64,000 nucleotides of DNA, taken from Phyllobates terribilis (taxonomy: Eukaryota). The stretch lies in the NCBI RefSeq assembly GCF_046119375.1, contig NW_027362765.1:252960001-253024000 (forward strand), given 5' to 3'. A program made the translations under genes and the position numbers. The notes below the pieces were generated by a model. It was given only the letters and a program-made list of their open reading frames with translations, was not told where the DNA came from and did no database searches. This document shows positions 52,401 through 63,026 of the stretch, piece by piece. The stretch's first letter is position 1. Every line of letters begins with the position of its first letter.

Positions 52401-55400
52401 AGAGGAACAATCAGAGGAAAGGCATAATAGAAACATGTGCACCACTTCTGCATTTATCACCACTCCTGGTTTTGGTTTACAAAATATTGATATAAAATAC
52501 TGGACGTGTGAATGTGGCCTTACGGGATACAAACTGCTGTGAAGCCAGAATAACACTATGTGAAATTTAAAGGGAACCTGTCAGGTCCAATAACTCTATT
52601 TACCTGCAGATATAGGGTTAATCTGCAGGTTAATATCATTAGAAAGGTGCCCAGCCACTGTACTGAAAGTAAGGCAACTGGGACAAAATAAACTTTATTT
52701 CTCCCAGGAGCCACTTACAGTGAAGAAGGCGTGCCCGGAGCAATTATAGTCACTGCTTACAGCAGTGAGAGCAGCAGTGGTAAGCACGCCCGAGCACTTT
52801 GACTGACAGCCGGCAGTGCACTGATGCACAGCTGTCTGTCAGTCAAGGGAGGAACAGAGCAAGCACCAAAGTGACCTCTCACTATCGGGTGCATGACTGG
52901 TCTCTGCTCCCCTGTTTTCTCCTTACAATGCGCATTAACAGTGCACTCTCTTTCCAGCTCATCACTTATCATTAGAGCTGGCGAGGTTGCGCACGGTCAT
53001 TACGCACTGAGAAGAATCTTGCACAGTGACAAGATCCTACTGTGCTTATATCGAAACTGACAACCTAAGAATGCTCAGTAGAGCTGGGGCTAGCCCAGCC
53101 CTTAAATGGACATCACTGATGACGATGACCTTTTGTTTCAGAGTGGGGACAAAGGTTGCGGCACTGACAGCAGCCTGGGCCTCCTGATGATGACTGTTTG
53201 AGTATCCCAGCACTCAATGTGGATTCTCAAATGGATCATCATCAAATAGGAAATAAGCACTGACCTCTTCACATCTTATCATTGTCTTCAGTTTGTAAAA
53301 GCCATCTACACAAGGAACAAGATTTAACTCGTTCACTACCTAGCTACAAACACAGTTCTCAAGTCAGCTGAAGGAAGGCAACAAAAGCGTTAAATCCACT
53401 GTTTTGTGCAGACTGCTTCTACAAACACAGGACAGTGATAAGAGGAGTGAGAGGGGAGCAACTGATCAAAAAGAGAGGAGCTGCCAGAGAACAACTGTTT
53501 CAGACTCAGAGCAGCTCTAATCACAGCCTGAATGTGGGGGGCATGTAATCTGCAGAACTGACCTGAGCACAACTGTCACCATCTGATTTCGTTACAACCA
53601 GGTGAAAATTGCCATCTTGGGGATCCATTTGCTCCAGATTAGATGTCCATTCCAAAATTTTGGTAAACACATCCACTGATCCCTTCCATTTGGTTTTCCT
53701 CTTTTGGAGAGTCCAACAACTCATGCTACAAGATTCGGGCCACCGGCTGTGTGATGACACAGCATTTAATCTCAATTATCCAGGTGTCTATTTTCAGTAA
53801 GTCAGGAGACATTGTCATATTGTCTGAATGTTGACACTTGAGTTGATGTTTGTTGTAACTTACTATCTGTTATCTCTGAAAGACCGAGAGGCAGGGTCAT
53901 TGAACAATGGATGCTTGCTAAATATGTTGATTAACCATTGTGTGAGCCCTGTGGTTTGCTGACCTGCAAAACAAAGGACAAACTAGGCAGATCTCATCAC
54001 ATCACCCCCCTGACCTGTGGATGAAGCCTTGAAGAAGGACAGTTGTGAACTATATAGGGGGATATGCCTCTGTATCAGGGTCCTTTTACAAAACCACAGC
54101 CAGGAACACTCTACATGGCAGCTCTACAGGACACCATGGCTCCATCAAGAGGGACACAGATTTGGATTCTACAGGATGCCAGCTTATGGGACCACAGCCC
54201 TGGTTCGAGGAATACAGATCTTCTCCTTTGACCATCACAGAACCCATACATACATTTGGGGAAATCAGGTTGGGACCCTCCGGTCACCTGGCGCCTGGTC
54301 CTATGGAAATGTTCAGGGTAGCCAGGTTAGGGCCCTCCGGTCACCTGGTCCCCATGCATACGCTCGGAGAAGCCAGGTTGGGACCCTCGGGTCTCCTGGC
54401 CACGTACCTCAATGGACTGTCAGCTTCCTAAGCTTGTCATTACATCCTCTCTGTGGGTGTCTGCCAAAAGTGGGGTGCCAATGGTGGGGTTAGTCGGCCC
54501 TGGAAGCCCCAAAGTCGCAGCTGCTCTAACCCTGGCGAGTCAGCGGAAGGGTGAGACTCTGTAATTTGCACCATCTTTGGTATTTTCTGAGACTGTTCTA
54601 TATGTTTATTGTCTGTTTGGTGGTTCAATAAAGTATTGCCACACTGTTTTACCCTCACCCTGTGTTGTCTGAGTAGTATTTTACCAAAGGGAAACCCCTG
54701 GGTCTCAACAGGCTGCATTTATCTCACTCTGTTCGCTATAGTAGTGTTGGGCCTATAACTAGCACAACACACAAAGGTGAGCCTCCTTTACCTACACAAC
54801 TACATTTTGTGTTTATCCTTTTTTTTTCTTGCCTTGACATCGGCAGGGGACACAGTAGTGAGGGCAGAGTAGCAGTGCCAGTCCAGGACACATACACTCC
54901 AGAAATGTATTACTTACTGGGCTGCTTGCTGCAGTTTTGATAAAATCTCAGTTTTCTATGCTGCAAATCTACCAGTTGTCAGAATACTGAGCTCTATATA
55001 ACCCCACCCACACTACTGAGCTTTCCGTGTACAATATGCATAGGCGGAAAGCTGCCAATCAGTGGTGGAGGCAGAGTTATACAGACCTCAAGAATATAGA
55101 GGACTACATGGCAGCAGGTTTACTAGTCCTCCAGTGATAATCTCCTGCTGATATGATAACAGTGATTGTATCAAAACTACATCAAGCAGCCCAGTATGCA
55201 CACATTGCTGGAATCAGGGTCTCTGTCTCTACATCAAGTTGCTTTCAAATTAGGGGGGGGGGGGGGCTAGTGACAAGATTTCCTTTACGGCCTACATTCT
55301 AGTGCTAGACAGAGGTCGTGCGACATATTTTACAGCTGTGCAAAAATACTCCTCATAACATTTTAAAGAGTGTTTTTTAGCCACAAAGGAGTATGCAATT

Positions 55401-57040
55401 TGCAGCAATTCCAATCTGTAACAATTCTAGAAATGTTAGGAACTTGTATTCATGCAGGGAAACGTTACTAAGAACAGCACAGTGGCTCAGTGGTTAGCAC
55501 TGTTGCCTTGAAACGCAGGGGTCCTTTGTTCAAATCTCGCCAAGATAAAAAGCTGCAAGGAGTTTCCATGTTCTCTAGTTTCCTCCCACACCCCAAAAGA
55601 CATAGTGATAGGGAACTTAGATTGAGCCTCGATGAGGCCTGTGATGATAATGTCTATAAAGTGCTACAAAATATGATGGTGCTACCTAAGAAAAATAGCT
55701 AAAAAAAATTCTTAGACAAAGTTTCCATACATAAATAGAGAATTGCGGTAATTCTAAGGCTATGTTCACACCATGGTTTAGCAGTACATATAGTGAAAAC
55801 ACCAGGAAAATGCCTGACATAAAAGCTTTGTGTGACTATAGGGAGCTATTGTTAGGAGACGGCACTCAAAATAAAAAAAAAAATTGTCCCATGTCTGGAA
55901 AGTATATGCATCACAGACTACAATCTTATACGTCAAGAGCCTTTCCTGGTGTATTCGTTCATCGGAGGATGATATAAAACATGAACACTTCTCTCCCACT
56001 GACATAGTGAGTGGCATATACAGCATACATACGGTCGTGGAAAGACTCATATTGGGAAGTTTAAATGTAGTGCAACGACTTTATCCGTACAGTTGATAGC
56101 GATTGCTAAATCACTACCAATATGCACCCAGCAGGTAGATCGGAGCCCCAATTACAGCTCTCCAACGACGGCACCGTGATACTTATACTTACTTACGGTG
56201 CGCCTCCTTAGTGGCATCCAGCAAGAGACATTGCCGTGCAGGCAGCCACTGGGACCAAATAGCTGCTGCCACGCACAGGTAATTTGTTTAAGCGCTTTGC
56301 TTTGGCTTTACTGCAACCCCTGATGCTCAAATCCCTCTCTATCAGCCGAAAGTGTATAAACTAAGTATATAGCCTTGTAGGGCATATAGACCCTATAAAA
56401 ATCTAATAAAATATCACACCTTTAGTGACCCAATTGCTGCCTTTGTTCTGCAGAAGATGAAGGTTAAAGGGAACCTTCAGTTCTTCAGAAGGGAGGCAGC
56501 GATTTTTATGGGTGCCATATCCCCTACAAGGCTATGTGCTCAGTTTATCCGGTCACTTTGGTTGAATATCAGAGATTGCAATAAAGCCAGTATAGATGAT
56601 TTTACACTTTAAACATATGTGTGCTTATTTATACTGTCAATGTGGTCTAAAAGACTCCCTTTAATCTGAGGACTTGGGACCCCCATTCTCATAATCGGTT
56701 GATCTCCAAGCAATGGGACCCCCCGTGATAAGCAACCTATTACCCTTCCTGTCGATAGGTAATAAGTTGTGATAGCAGCAAAAAGCCCTTTATAGCATAT
56801 CCGGAAAAAGGTCACCGGCATTATTCATTAAACTATTTACCCACTACTAGATCAAGGTTCTCTGAGGCAGAAATATGAACAAAATTTACAGCCCCCCACT
56901 ACTGTAATAGAATTGAAACTCGGTGCAGGTCCAGATACACTGACAGGACAGCCCAAGACAGAAGAAAGTAACAGAAGTGTATACTCACCCATCACTGTCC
57001 TGATAATTGATGTTTAACCTCTTGGTCGATCCCAGAAGTT
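16347..57040 (-). CDS. CASKIN2: CASKIN-family scaffold gene (caskin-2-like), 19 coding exons in window, 5' ATG exon not found in window
   Basis: The spliced exons total 3485 nt with every phase matching. They translate to ANK repeats, SH3, SAM1-SAM2, a Pro-rich region and a C-terminal [21 protein letters not shown]. Diagnostic residues ([25 protein letters not shown]) match CASKIN2 better than CASKIN1. Confidence 0.85.
17284..17836. mobile_element. CpG-rich fold-back T2/Kolobok MITE nested in another T2 MITE (host ends at 18260)
   Basis: TTAA on both sides, ~130-bp inverted arms. The host sequence resumes at 17841. Confidence 0.75.
18362..18605 (-). CDS. CASKIN2: caskin penultimate coding exon (divergent)
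   Basis: 244 nt open frame with AG/GT flanks. Phases 1 and 2 fit both neighbours exactly; homology is weak (AHLVISGP vs QLAFSGP). Confidence 0.75.
18896..19199 (-). mobile_element. Tc1 end fragment (same family as 8945 and 23511)
   Basis: One TIR plus the transposase 3' end. Confidence 0.9.
20355..20902. mobile_element. T2/Kolobok MITE
   Basis: TTAA flanks, AGGGGTTGTCCCACA / TGTGGAAAACCCCA ends, long inverted arms. Confidence 0.8.
20952..22436 (-). CDS. CASKIN2: caskin large exon: SAM2 end plus Pro-rich disordered region
   Basis: 1485 nt, within ORF 20935..22422. Conserved motifs [64 protein letters not shown] and [12 protein letters not shown]. Confidence 0.97.
22541..22679 (-). CDS. CASKIN2: caskin exon, SAM2: [46 protein letters not shown]
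   Basis: 139 nt, AG/GT flanks. Confidence 0.95.
23081..23182 (-). CDS. CASKIN2: caskin exon, SAM1: [34 protein letters not shown]
   Basis: 102 nt, AG/GT flanks. Confidence 0.95.
23270..23380 (-). CDS. CASKIN2: caskin exon, SAM1: [37 protein letters not shown]
   Basis: 111 nt, AG/GT flanks. I read this exon as DAELIYCWL... from the sequence; it matches the SAM1 helix pattern. Confidence 0.94.
23511..25140 (-). mobile_element. Full-length Tc1, DD34E transposase 24726-23674 with one premature stop
   Basis: TA TSD and ~270-bp TIRs. Continuous frame except TAG at 24444-24442. Confidence 0.97.
25836..25909 (-). CDS. CASKIN2: caskin exon: [24 protein letters not shown]
   Basis: 74 nt, AG/GT flanks; ends LQGK like the LEGK that precedes SAM1. 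Confidence 0.82.
26055..26100 (-). CDS. CASKIN2: caskin micro-exon: [15 protein letters not shown]
   Basis: 46 nt, TTTTCAG acceptor and GTGAG donor. Needed to bridge phase 0 to phase 1. Confidence 0.75.
26189..26307 (-). CDS. CASKIN2: caskin exon: [39 protein letters not shown]
   Basis: 119 nt; matches the CASKIN2 [23 protein letters not shown] motif. Confidence 0.93.
26356..29499. mobile_element. piggyBac-like non-autonomous element
   Basis: TTAA-CCCCTTTA ... TAAAGGGG-TTAA ends, internal tandem repeats, no transposase. Confidence 0.75.
27641..27927. mobile_element. Palindromic hAT MITE nested in the piggyBac-like element
   Basis: TSD GTTGTCAT/GTTGCCAT, TAGTGTTGA(G/A)CG-type TIRs, long inverted arms. 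Confidence 0.8.
29536..29655 (-). CDS. CASKIN2: caskin linker exon: [18 protein letters not shown]...[10 protein letters not shown]
   Basis: 120 nt open frame, phase 1/1, strong GTAAGT donor. Poorly conserved, so called mainly from phase fit. Confidence 0.8.
29754..29871 (-). CDS. CASKIN2: caskin exon, SH3 C-half: [39 protein letters not shown]
   Basis: 118 nt, AG/GT flanks. Confidence 0.95.
29953..30047 (-). CDS. CASKIN2: caskin exon, SH3 N-half: [31 protein letters not shown]
   Basis: 95 nt, AG/GT flanks. Confidence 0.95.
30150..30258 (-). CDS. CASKIN2: caskin exon: [36 protein letters not shown]
   Basis: 109 nt, AG/GT flanks. Confidence 0.95.
30340..30575 (+). mobile_element. tRNA-derived SINE (V-SINE-like)
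   Basis: A box TGGCTTAGTGG, B box GGTTCAAATCC, core GGGTTTCCTCCGGGTTTCCTCCCACA, L2-like tail. Confidence 0.8.
30599..30707 (-). CDS. CASKIN2: caskin exon, ankyrin: [36 protein letters not shown]
   Basis: 109 nt, AG/GT flanks. Confidence 0.95.
30840..30970 (-). CDS. CASKIN2: caskin exon, ankyrin: [17 protein letters not shown]...[16 protein letters not shown]
   Basis: 131 nt, AG/GT flanks. Confidence 0.95.
31531..31626 (-). CDS. CASKIN2: caskin exon, ankyrin: [32 protein letters not shown]
   Basis: 96 nt, AG/GT flanks. Confidence 0.95.
32740..33584. mobile_element. T2/Kolobok MITE
   Basis: TTAA flanks, AGGGGTGGACTGAAAT / ATTTCGGACCACCCTT ends. Confidence 0.8.
33834..33979 (-). CDS. CASKIN2: caskin exon, ankyrin: [20 protein letters not shown]...QYGHYEV
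   Basis: 146 nt, AG/GT flanks; lies within ORF 33795..34067. Confidence 0.96.
34059..34156 (-). CDS. CASKIN2: caskin exon, ankyrin: [32 protein letters not shown]
   Basis: 98 nt, AG/GT flanks, phase 2 to 1. Confidence 0.95.
34809..35295. mobile_element. Putative solo LTR
   Basis: TGTTAG...TAACA termini with TTGCC/TTACC flanks (imperfect 5-bp TSD). Confidence 0.55.
36142..36780. mobile_element. Harbinger-type element, inverted homolog of 13211-14132
   Basis: TAGGCTATGTGCCCAC end, shared hairpins and shared internal sequence. Confidence 0.7.
36791..38331 (-). mobile_element. Tc1-family transposon, decayed transposase (ATG ~38034)
   Basis: TIR CACTGCTCAAAAAAATAAAGGGAACACT, TA flanks. HTH and [13 protein letters not shown] fragments. 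Confidence 0.93.
40346..41658 (+). repeat. 5' LTR
   Basis: Direct repeat of 44018-45329, about 18 substitutions and 1 indel counted by eye. TATAAAA at 40660-66, reverse CCAAT at 40621-25, AGTAAA at 41298-303. Confidence 0.97.
41663..41681 (+). promoter_or_regulatory. Primer-binding site complementary to tRNA-Ser
   Basis: TGGCGTAGTCGGCAGGATT is the reverse complement of the vertebrate tRNA-Ser(AGA/TGA) 3' end AATCCTGCCGACTACG-CCA. Confidence 0.92.
41879..43375 (+). pseudogene. Frameshifted internal ORF: helical N-domain, Pro/Ala linker, coiled coil, cold-shock domain, acidic tail
   Basis: GCCATGA Kozak at 41879. Overlapping ORFs 41988..42488, 42485..42748, 42675..43067 and 42857..43375 join through about 4 single-base shifts. 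Confidence 0.7.
43052..43258 (+). CDS. Cold-shock domain (OB-fold, CspA/YBX/LIN28-like)
   Basis: [17 protein letters not shown] (RNP1), GDVFVT (RNP2) and [23 protein letters not shown] align with the CSD consensus over its full length. Confidence 0.9.
44008..44017 (+). promoter_or_regulatory. Polypurine tract
   Basis: AGGGGGAAA immediately 5' of the 3' LTR. Confidence 0.8.
44018..45329 (+). repeat. 3' LTR
   Basis: Direct repeat of the 5' LTR, followed by TSD CTAG. Confidence 0.97.
46296..48188. mobile_element. hAT non-autonomous element
   Basis: 8-bp TSD ATCTAGAG, TIR CAG(C/T)GG(C/T)TCTCAACC. Confidence 0.88.
46733..47480. repeat. 28-bp minisatellite, ~26 copies
   Basis: Unit GCGAGAGCACATGATGCACTGGGAGGTG with variants arranged in blocks. 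Confidence 0.95.
49750..50190 (-). mobile_element. Old Tc1 transposase remnant
   Basis: Minus strand reads [14 protein letters not shown] and QHNNDP-like motifs. Confidence 0.6.
50269..50454. mobile_element. Palindromic hAT MITE (186 bp)
   Basis: Perfect ~78-bp TIRs, TSD CTCTATGG. Confidence 0.93.
50513..51070. mobile_element. hAT MITE
   Basis: GCGGCCCGCGGGCC subterminal motif and GCTTAAAG/GCTTAAGG flanks. A related end occurs at ~11905-12015. Confidence 0.6.
52336..52519. mobile_element. Harbinger-type MITE
   Basis: GGCCACGTTCATAC / GTGAATGTGGCC ends. Confidence 0.7.
53941..54710 (+). mobile_element. Possible solo LTR
   Basis: TGTGAG...CTCAACA ends, internal repeats and AATAAA at 54627-32. 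No TSD found. Confidence 0.45.
55477..55700 (+). mobile_element. tRNA-derived SINE, second copy
   Basis: A/B boxes and core homologous to 30340-30575. Confidence 0.75.
56989..57040 (-). CDS. CASKIN2: caskin exon (52 nt): (K)[16 protein letters not shown](G)
   Basis: AG acceptor at 57042-41 and GT donor at 56988-87. Peptide matches the caskin N-terminus. Confidence 0.93.
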
Positions 57041-58221
57041 CTGTAAGAAAAGGCCAACGGGTTATTATCTATTGCTCAATGAAACTGTGCGCATACATAA
57101 TTAAGAAAGTAGGTCAGCCTAGAAACCACTGCAGTTTGGAGAAAGAGGCCCTGGACAGACAGCAATTCCTAAAATCCTCTAATAGGATAACTTACTAGGT
57201 CTGGATGTATAAGCGCAGAGCAGGACTTGGCCCATGTGGCTTTCTGCAGAGGCCAGCTCTTCTATAGGATTATTCTATAATGTCTACAGTGTCTCTGCTC
57301 ATTACACATCTAGGCTGCGACGTCTTAAGATATTCTTACAGACTATTTTCACTGTCTTCCAGTTCTCTCTTTTTCTGCCTGGGTTTTAGAGAGAGAAGGA
57401 TTTTTGTTCTTGTTCACAACCCACAGAAATCACTGACATTTTGCATACACAGACTGAATTGTATCTGCTGTTTGCAGACAAGAATGAAGGTCTATTGCCA
57501 TGCTCTGCATACTTGTGGTCGAACGCACAAACACTGCGGCCATGCATAGCTATGTCCTGCAGGCTCTGGTTAGAAAAGTGGGGTTTGTTTGGAAAAAAAA
57601 TGGGGATCACTGGCTCTACTGTGGATGATTCATTCAGTAAAAGGGTGTCACACAGCTATTAAATTACTCCAGGGCTGGGACAGGAAAGCGTTCATAGAAC
57701 TGCGCTCTGCAGGAATTGTGGTCACACCAAGAGTTTTCCATCTCTATAGCAGGATATGATCTAAAAGCTGCTGCTAAGACAATTGAAAACCAAGGTGTCT
57801 CACTTCCACAGGCCCCTGTAATGTCACCCTGAAGTCAATGTCAGGGACATTTTTGGTGGAGGGCGCTACCCTTTTGCTTTATGCCTGAATAGAGATTGTC
57901 TGGCTTCATAAGTGTTTAAGGGTTTAAAAGTGCAGGTACATAGATTATCGTGAACAAGCAATACTAGGAACGCTCGTTTCACGATAATCTAATAATGTAA
58001 AGTGTGCCGATCACCCAATGAATGAGAAAAATGTTTGTTCGTTGAGTGAAATGAGTTTTAAGCTTGCATAAAGGGGTTGTCAACTACCTGGACAACCTCT
58101 TCTGATTCCCTATGTTTTTCCCTCAGTAAAATAACACTTATGCTATGTTCATACATTCAGTACTTGGTCAACAATTTACCTCAGTATTTGTAAGCCAAAA
58201 TCAGGAGTCAGAGGAAAAGTA

Positions 58222-59110
58222 CAGCAGTGTTCAAAATAATAGTCCAATATGACTAACCAGATTGTTCACTGTTTTTGGAATTATATTACCACATGTCAAA
58301 CAATTTACCAGTTAATGCAGTAGATTCTAAGAAAACCAACAGACTCCGCATTCATGATCTGCATGGTTTTGAGTCTGTGTATTTGAGTAATTATTTGAAA
58401 GGGGATGTGTTCAAAATAATAGTAGTGTGGAGTTCAATTAGTTAGGTCAGTCATTCTGTGAAGAAACAGGTGTGAATCAGGTGGCCCTTATTTAAGGGTG
58501 AAGCCAGCACATGTTGTACACGCATTTCTCCTTGAAAGCCTGAGAAAAATGGGTCATTCGAGACATTGTTCAGAAGAACAGCGTACTTTGATTAAAAAGT
58601 TGGAAAGGGTAAAACTTATAAAGAAGTGCAGACAATGATAATTTTAGCTGAACAGTCTATCTCCTATGCTTTAAAATGGAAAGAAAAACCATAGACATGG
58701 AAGAAAACTTAAGACTACCATTCGAATGGATGGAAGAGTAGCCAGAATGGCAAAGGCTCAGCCAATGATCAGCTACAGGGTGATCAAAAGTCTCAAGTTA
58801 CCTGTGAGTACAGTGACAGTTAGATGCCTGTCTGAAGCTAATCTCTTAGCAAGATGTCCCCGCAGAGACCCACTTTAAAAAAAAATAAAAAAAAGACATG
58901 TACTGAAGCGGATACAATTTGCCAAAAAACACATCAACTGGCCTAAAGAGAAATGGAGAAACATTTTGTGGACTGATGAAAGTAAAAATTGTTCTTTTTG
59001 GGTCCAAGGGCTGCAGACAGTTCGTCAGACGACCCCCAAACTCTGCATACAAGCCACGGTACACTCTGAAGACAGCGAAGCATGGTGGTGCAAGCATCAT
59101 GATATGGGCA
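58222..59110 (+). mobile_element. Tc1 5' half, decayed
   Basis: IR/DR motif GTGTTCAAAATAATAG twice, ATG at 58549, and [11 protein letters not shown]. Confidence 0.85.
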
Positions 59111-59473
59111 GGTTTAAGTAAGTCCAAAAAAATCGACCAGCAGAAGGACTTGCAATAAAATTCATAGCGTTATTGTTGAATTCTTTGCACAAGAGTAAAA
59201 ACCACCAAGCAGTGTGCACATAAAATCACATAGAAAAGATACACAGGTTACGCGTTTCTGGCCCTTAGTCTCTACCTGAATACAAAACATATTGCATGAA
59301 CTTTTATAGGGAAATACCTAAACCACAAAAAGATACCTCCCCACATACGAGATGGAGCTCAAATACTACAGGTGAACAAATCAGTAAATACAAGTAAACG
59401 CAATGGGGCATATAAGAACGGAGAGGAAAAAAACAAAACAAAAACAGTATCTATAATAATACACAAATGCACA

Positions 59474-62400
59474 CAGTACAGACCAAAAGTTTGGACACAC
59501 CTCATTTAAAGATTTTTCTGTATTTTCATGACTATGAAAATTGTACATTCACACTGAAGGCATCAAAACTATGAATTAACACATGTGGAATTATATACTT
59601 AACAAAAAAGTGTGAAACAACTGAAAATAGGTCTTCTATTCTAGGTTCTTCAAAGTAGCCACCTTTTGCTTTGATGACCGCTTTGCACACTCTTGGCATT
59701 CTCTTGATGAGCTTCAAGAGGTAGTAGCTGGAAATGGTTTTCACTTCACAGGTGTGCCCTGTCAGGTTTACTAAGTGGGATTTCTTGCCTTATAAATGGG
59801 GTTGGGACCATCAGTTGTGTTGTGCAGAAGTCTGGTGGATACACAGCTGATAGTCCTACTGAATAGACTGTTAGAATTTGTATTATGGCAAGAAAAAGCA
59901 GCTAAGTAAAGAAAAACGAGTGGCCATTATTACTTTAAGAAATTAAGGTCAGTCAGTGCGAAAAATTGGGAAAACTTTGAAAGTGTCCCCAAGTGCAGTT
60001 GCAAAATCCATCAAGCGCTACAAAGAAACTGGCTCACATGAGGACCGCCCCAGGAAAGGAAGACCAAGAGTCACCTCTGCTTCTGAGGATAAGTTTATCA
60101 GAGTCACCAGCCTCAGAAATCGCAGGTTAACAGCAGCTCAGTTTAGAGACGAGGTCAATGCCACACAGAGTTCTAGCAGCAGACACATCTCTTCAACAAC
60201 TGTTAAGAGGAGACTTTGTGCAGCAGGTCTTCATGGAAAAATAGCTGCTAGGAAACCACTGCTAAGGACAGGCAACAAGCAGAAGAGACTTGTTTGGGCT
60301 AAAGAACACAAGGAATGGACATTAGACCAGTGGAAATCTGTGCTTTGGTCTGATGAGTCCAAATTTGAGATCTTTGGTTCCAACCACCGTGTCTTTGTGC
60401 GAAGCAGAAAAGGTGAACGGATGGACTCTACATTGCCTGGTTCCCACCGTGAAGCATGGAGGAGGAGGTGTGATGGTGTGGGGGTGCTTTGCTGGTGACA
60501 CTATTGGGGATTTATTCAAAACTGAAGGCATACTGAACCAGCATGGCTACCACAGTATCATGCTATTCCATCCGGTTTGCGTTTAGTTGGACCATCATTT
60601 ATTTTTCAACAGGACAATGACCCCAAACACACCTCCAGGCTGTGTAAGGGCTATATGACCAAGAAGGAGAGTGATGGGGTGCTATGCCAGATGACCTGGC
60701 CTCCACAGTCACCAGACCTGAACCCAATCGAGATGGTTTGGGGTGAGCTGGTCCGCAGAGTGATGGCAAAAGGGCCAACAAGTGCTAAGCATCTCTGGGA
60801 ACTCCTTCAAGATTGTTGGAAGACCATTTCCGGTGACTACCTCTTGAAGCTCATCAAGAGAATGCCAAGAGTGTACAAAGCAGTCATCAAAGCAAAAGAT
60901 GGCTACTTTGAAGAACCTAGAATATAAGACATACAGTTATATGAAAAAGTTTGGGCACCCCTATTAATCTTAAGCTTAATGTTTTATAAAAATTGGTGTT
61001 TTTGCAACAGCTATTTCAGTTTGATATATGTAATAACTGTTGGACACAGTAATGTTTCTGCCTTGAAATTAGGTTTATTGTACTAACAGAAAATGTGCAA
61101 TCTGCATTCAAACAAAATTTGACAGGTGCATAAGTATGGGCACCTCACCAGAAAAGTGACATTAATATTTAGTAGATCCTCCTTTTGCAAAAATAACAGC
61201 CTCTAGTTGCTTCCTGTAGCTTTTAAGGAGTTCCTGGATCCTGGATGAAGGTATTTTTGACCATTCCTCTTTACAAAACAATTCCAGTTCAGTTAAGTTT
61301 GATGGTCGCCGAGCATGGACAGCCCTCTTCAAATGATCCCACAGATGTTCAATGATATTCAGGTCTGGGGACTGGGATGGCCATTCCAGAACATTGTAAT
61401 TGTTCCTCTGCATGAATGCCTGAGTAGATTTGGAGCGGTGTTTTGGATCATTGTCTTGCTGAAAGATCCATCCCCTGCGTAACTTCAACTTTGTCACTGA
61501 TTCTTGAACATTATTGTCAAGAATCTGCTGATACTGAGTGGAATCCATGCGTCCCTCAACTTTAACAAGATTCCCAGTGCCGGCATTGGCCACACAGCCC
61601 CAAAGCATGATGGAACCTCCACCAAATTTTACTGTAGGTAGCAAGTGTTTTTCTTGGAATGCTGTGTTTTTTTGCCACCATGCATAACGCCTTTTAGTAT
61701 GACCAAACAACTCAATCTTGGTTTCATCAGTCCACAGGACTTTCTTCCAAAAAGAAATTGGCTTCTCCAAATGTGCTTTTGCACACCTCAGCCGACTGTT
61801 TGTGGCGTGTTTTCAGAAACGGCTTCTTTCGCATCACTCTCCCATACAGCTTCTCCTTGTGCAAAGTGCGTTGTATAGTTGACCGATGCACAGTGACACC
61901 ATCTGCAGCAAGTTGATGCAGCAGCTCTCTGGAGGTGGTCTGAGGATTGTCCTTGACTGATCTCACCATTCTTCTTCTCTGCCTTTCTGATGTTAAGGCC
62001 AGAAGTGGCAGGCCAAGAAAAACAAGAACTGTCCCTGTGTTCTTCCATTTCCTTACTATGTTCCTCACAGTGGAAACTGACAGGTTAAATCTCTGAGACA
62101 GCTTTTTGTATCCTTCCCCTAAACAACTATGTTGAATAATCTTTGTTTTCAGATCATTTGACAGTTGTTTTGAGGAGCCCATGATGCCACTCTTCAGAGG
62201 AGATTCAAACAGGAGAACAACTTGCAAGTGGCCACTTTAAGTAGCTTTTCTCATGATTGCATACACCTGGCTATGAAGTTCAAGGCTCAATGAGGTTACA
62301 AAACAAAAAAAAATGCTTTAGTAAGTCAGTAAAAAGTAGGTAGGAGTATTTAAAACAAGAAAATGATAAGGGTGCCCATACTTATGCACCTGTCAAATTT

Positions 62401-62740
62401 TGTTTGAATGCAGATTGCACATTTTCTGTTAGTACAATAAACCTCATTTCAAGGCAGAAACATTACTGTGTCCAACAGTTATTACATATATCAAACTGAA
62501 ATAGCTGTTGCAAAAACACCAATTTTGAAAAAGCATTAAGCTTAAGATTAATAGGGGTGCCCAAACTTTTTCATATGACTGTATTTTCAGTTGTTTCACA
62601 CTTTTTTGTGAAGTATATAATTCCACATGTGTTAATTCATAGTTTTGATGCCTTCAGTGTGAATGTACAATTTTCATAGTCATGAAAATACAGAAAAATC
62701 TTCAAATGAGAAGGTGTGTCCAAACTTTTGGTCTGTACTG
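59474..62740 (+). mobile_element. Tc1 (CAGTACAGACCAAA family), frameshifted, host of a nested Tc1
   Basis: TIRs at both ends, transposase at ~59885-60927. Confidence 0.93.
60934..62581 (-). mobile_element. Tc1 inserted in the right TIR of the previous element
   Basis: TA duplication (GACA-TA[...]TA-TTTTCAG), IR/DR TIRs, ORFs 61162..61770 and 61727..62227. Confidence 0.95.
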
Positions 62741-63026
62741 TATAAGCGCAATACAAAAAACATATACAAATACACCAGATAGTACAGATAATCGATAAAC
62801 ACAATATCATAAACAAAATACAATATATGATACAAAAATGTTTCATTTTTTTCTTTTTCTTCTTTTCTCTCCTTTCCTTTCTCTTTTTCAGAATCAATAA
62901 TGCAAGATTAAATCAGTGCGCTTATTTAACCCATATGGGTACAAAGTATTCATCATAAGAATCCAGTACACTTCTCTGTTTTATAATGCTCTTCTACAAA
63001 CTCTGCCCCTACGTGGTCTCCCCACT

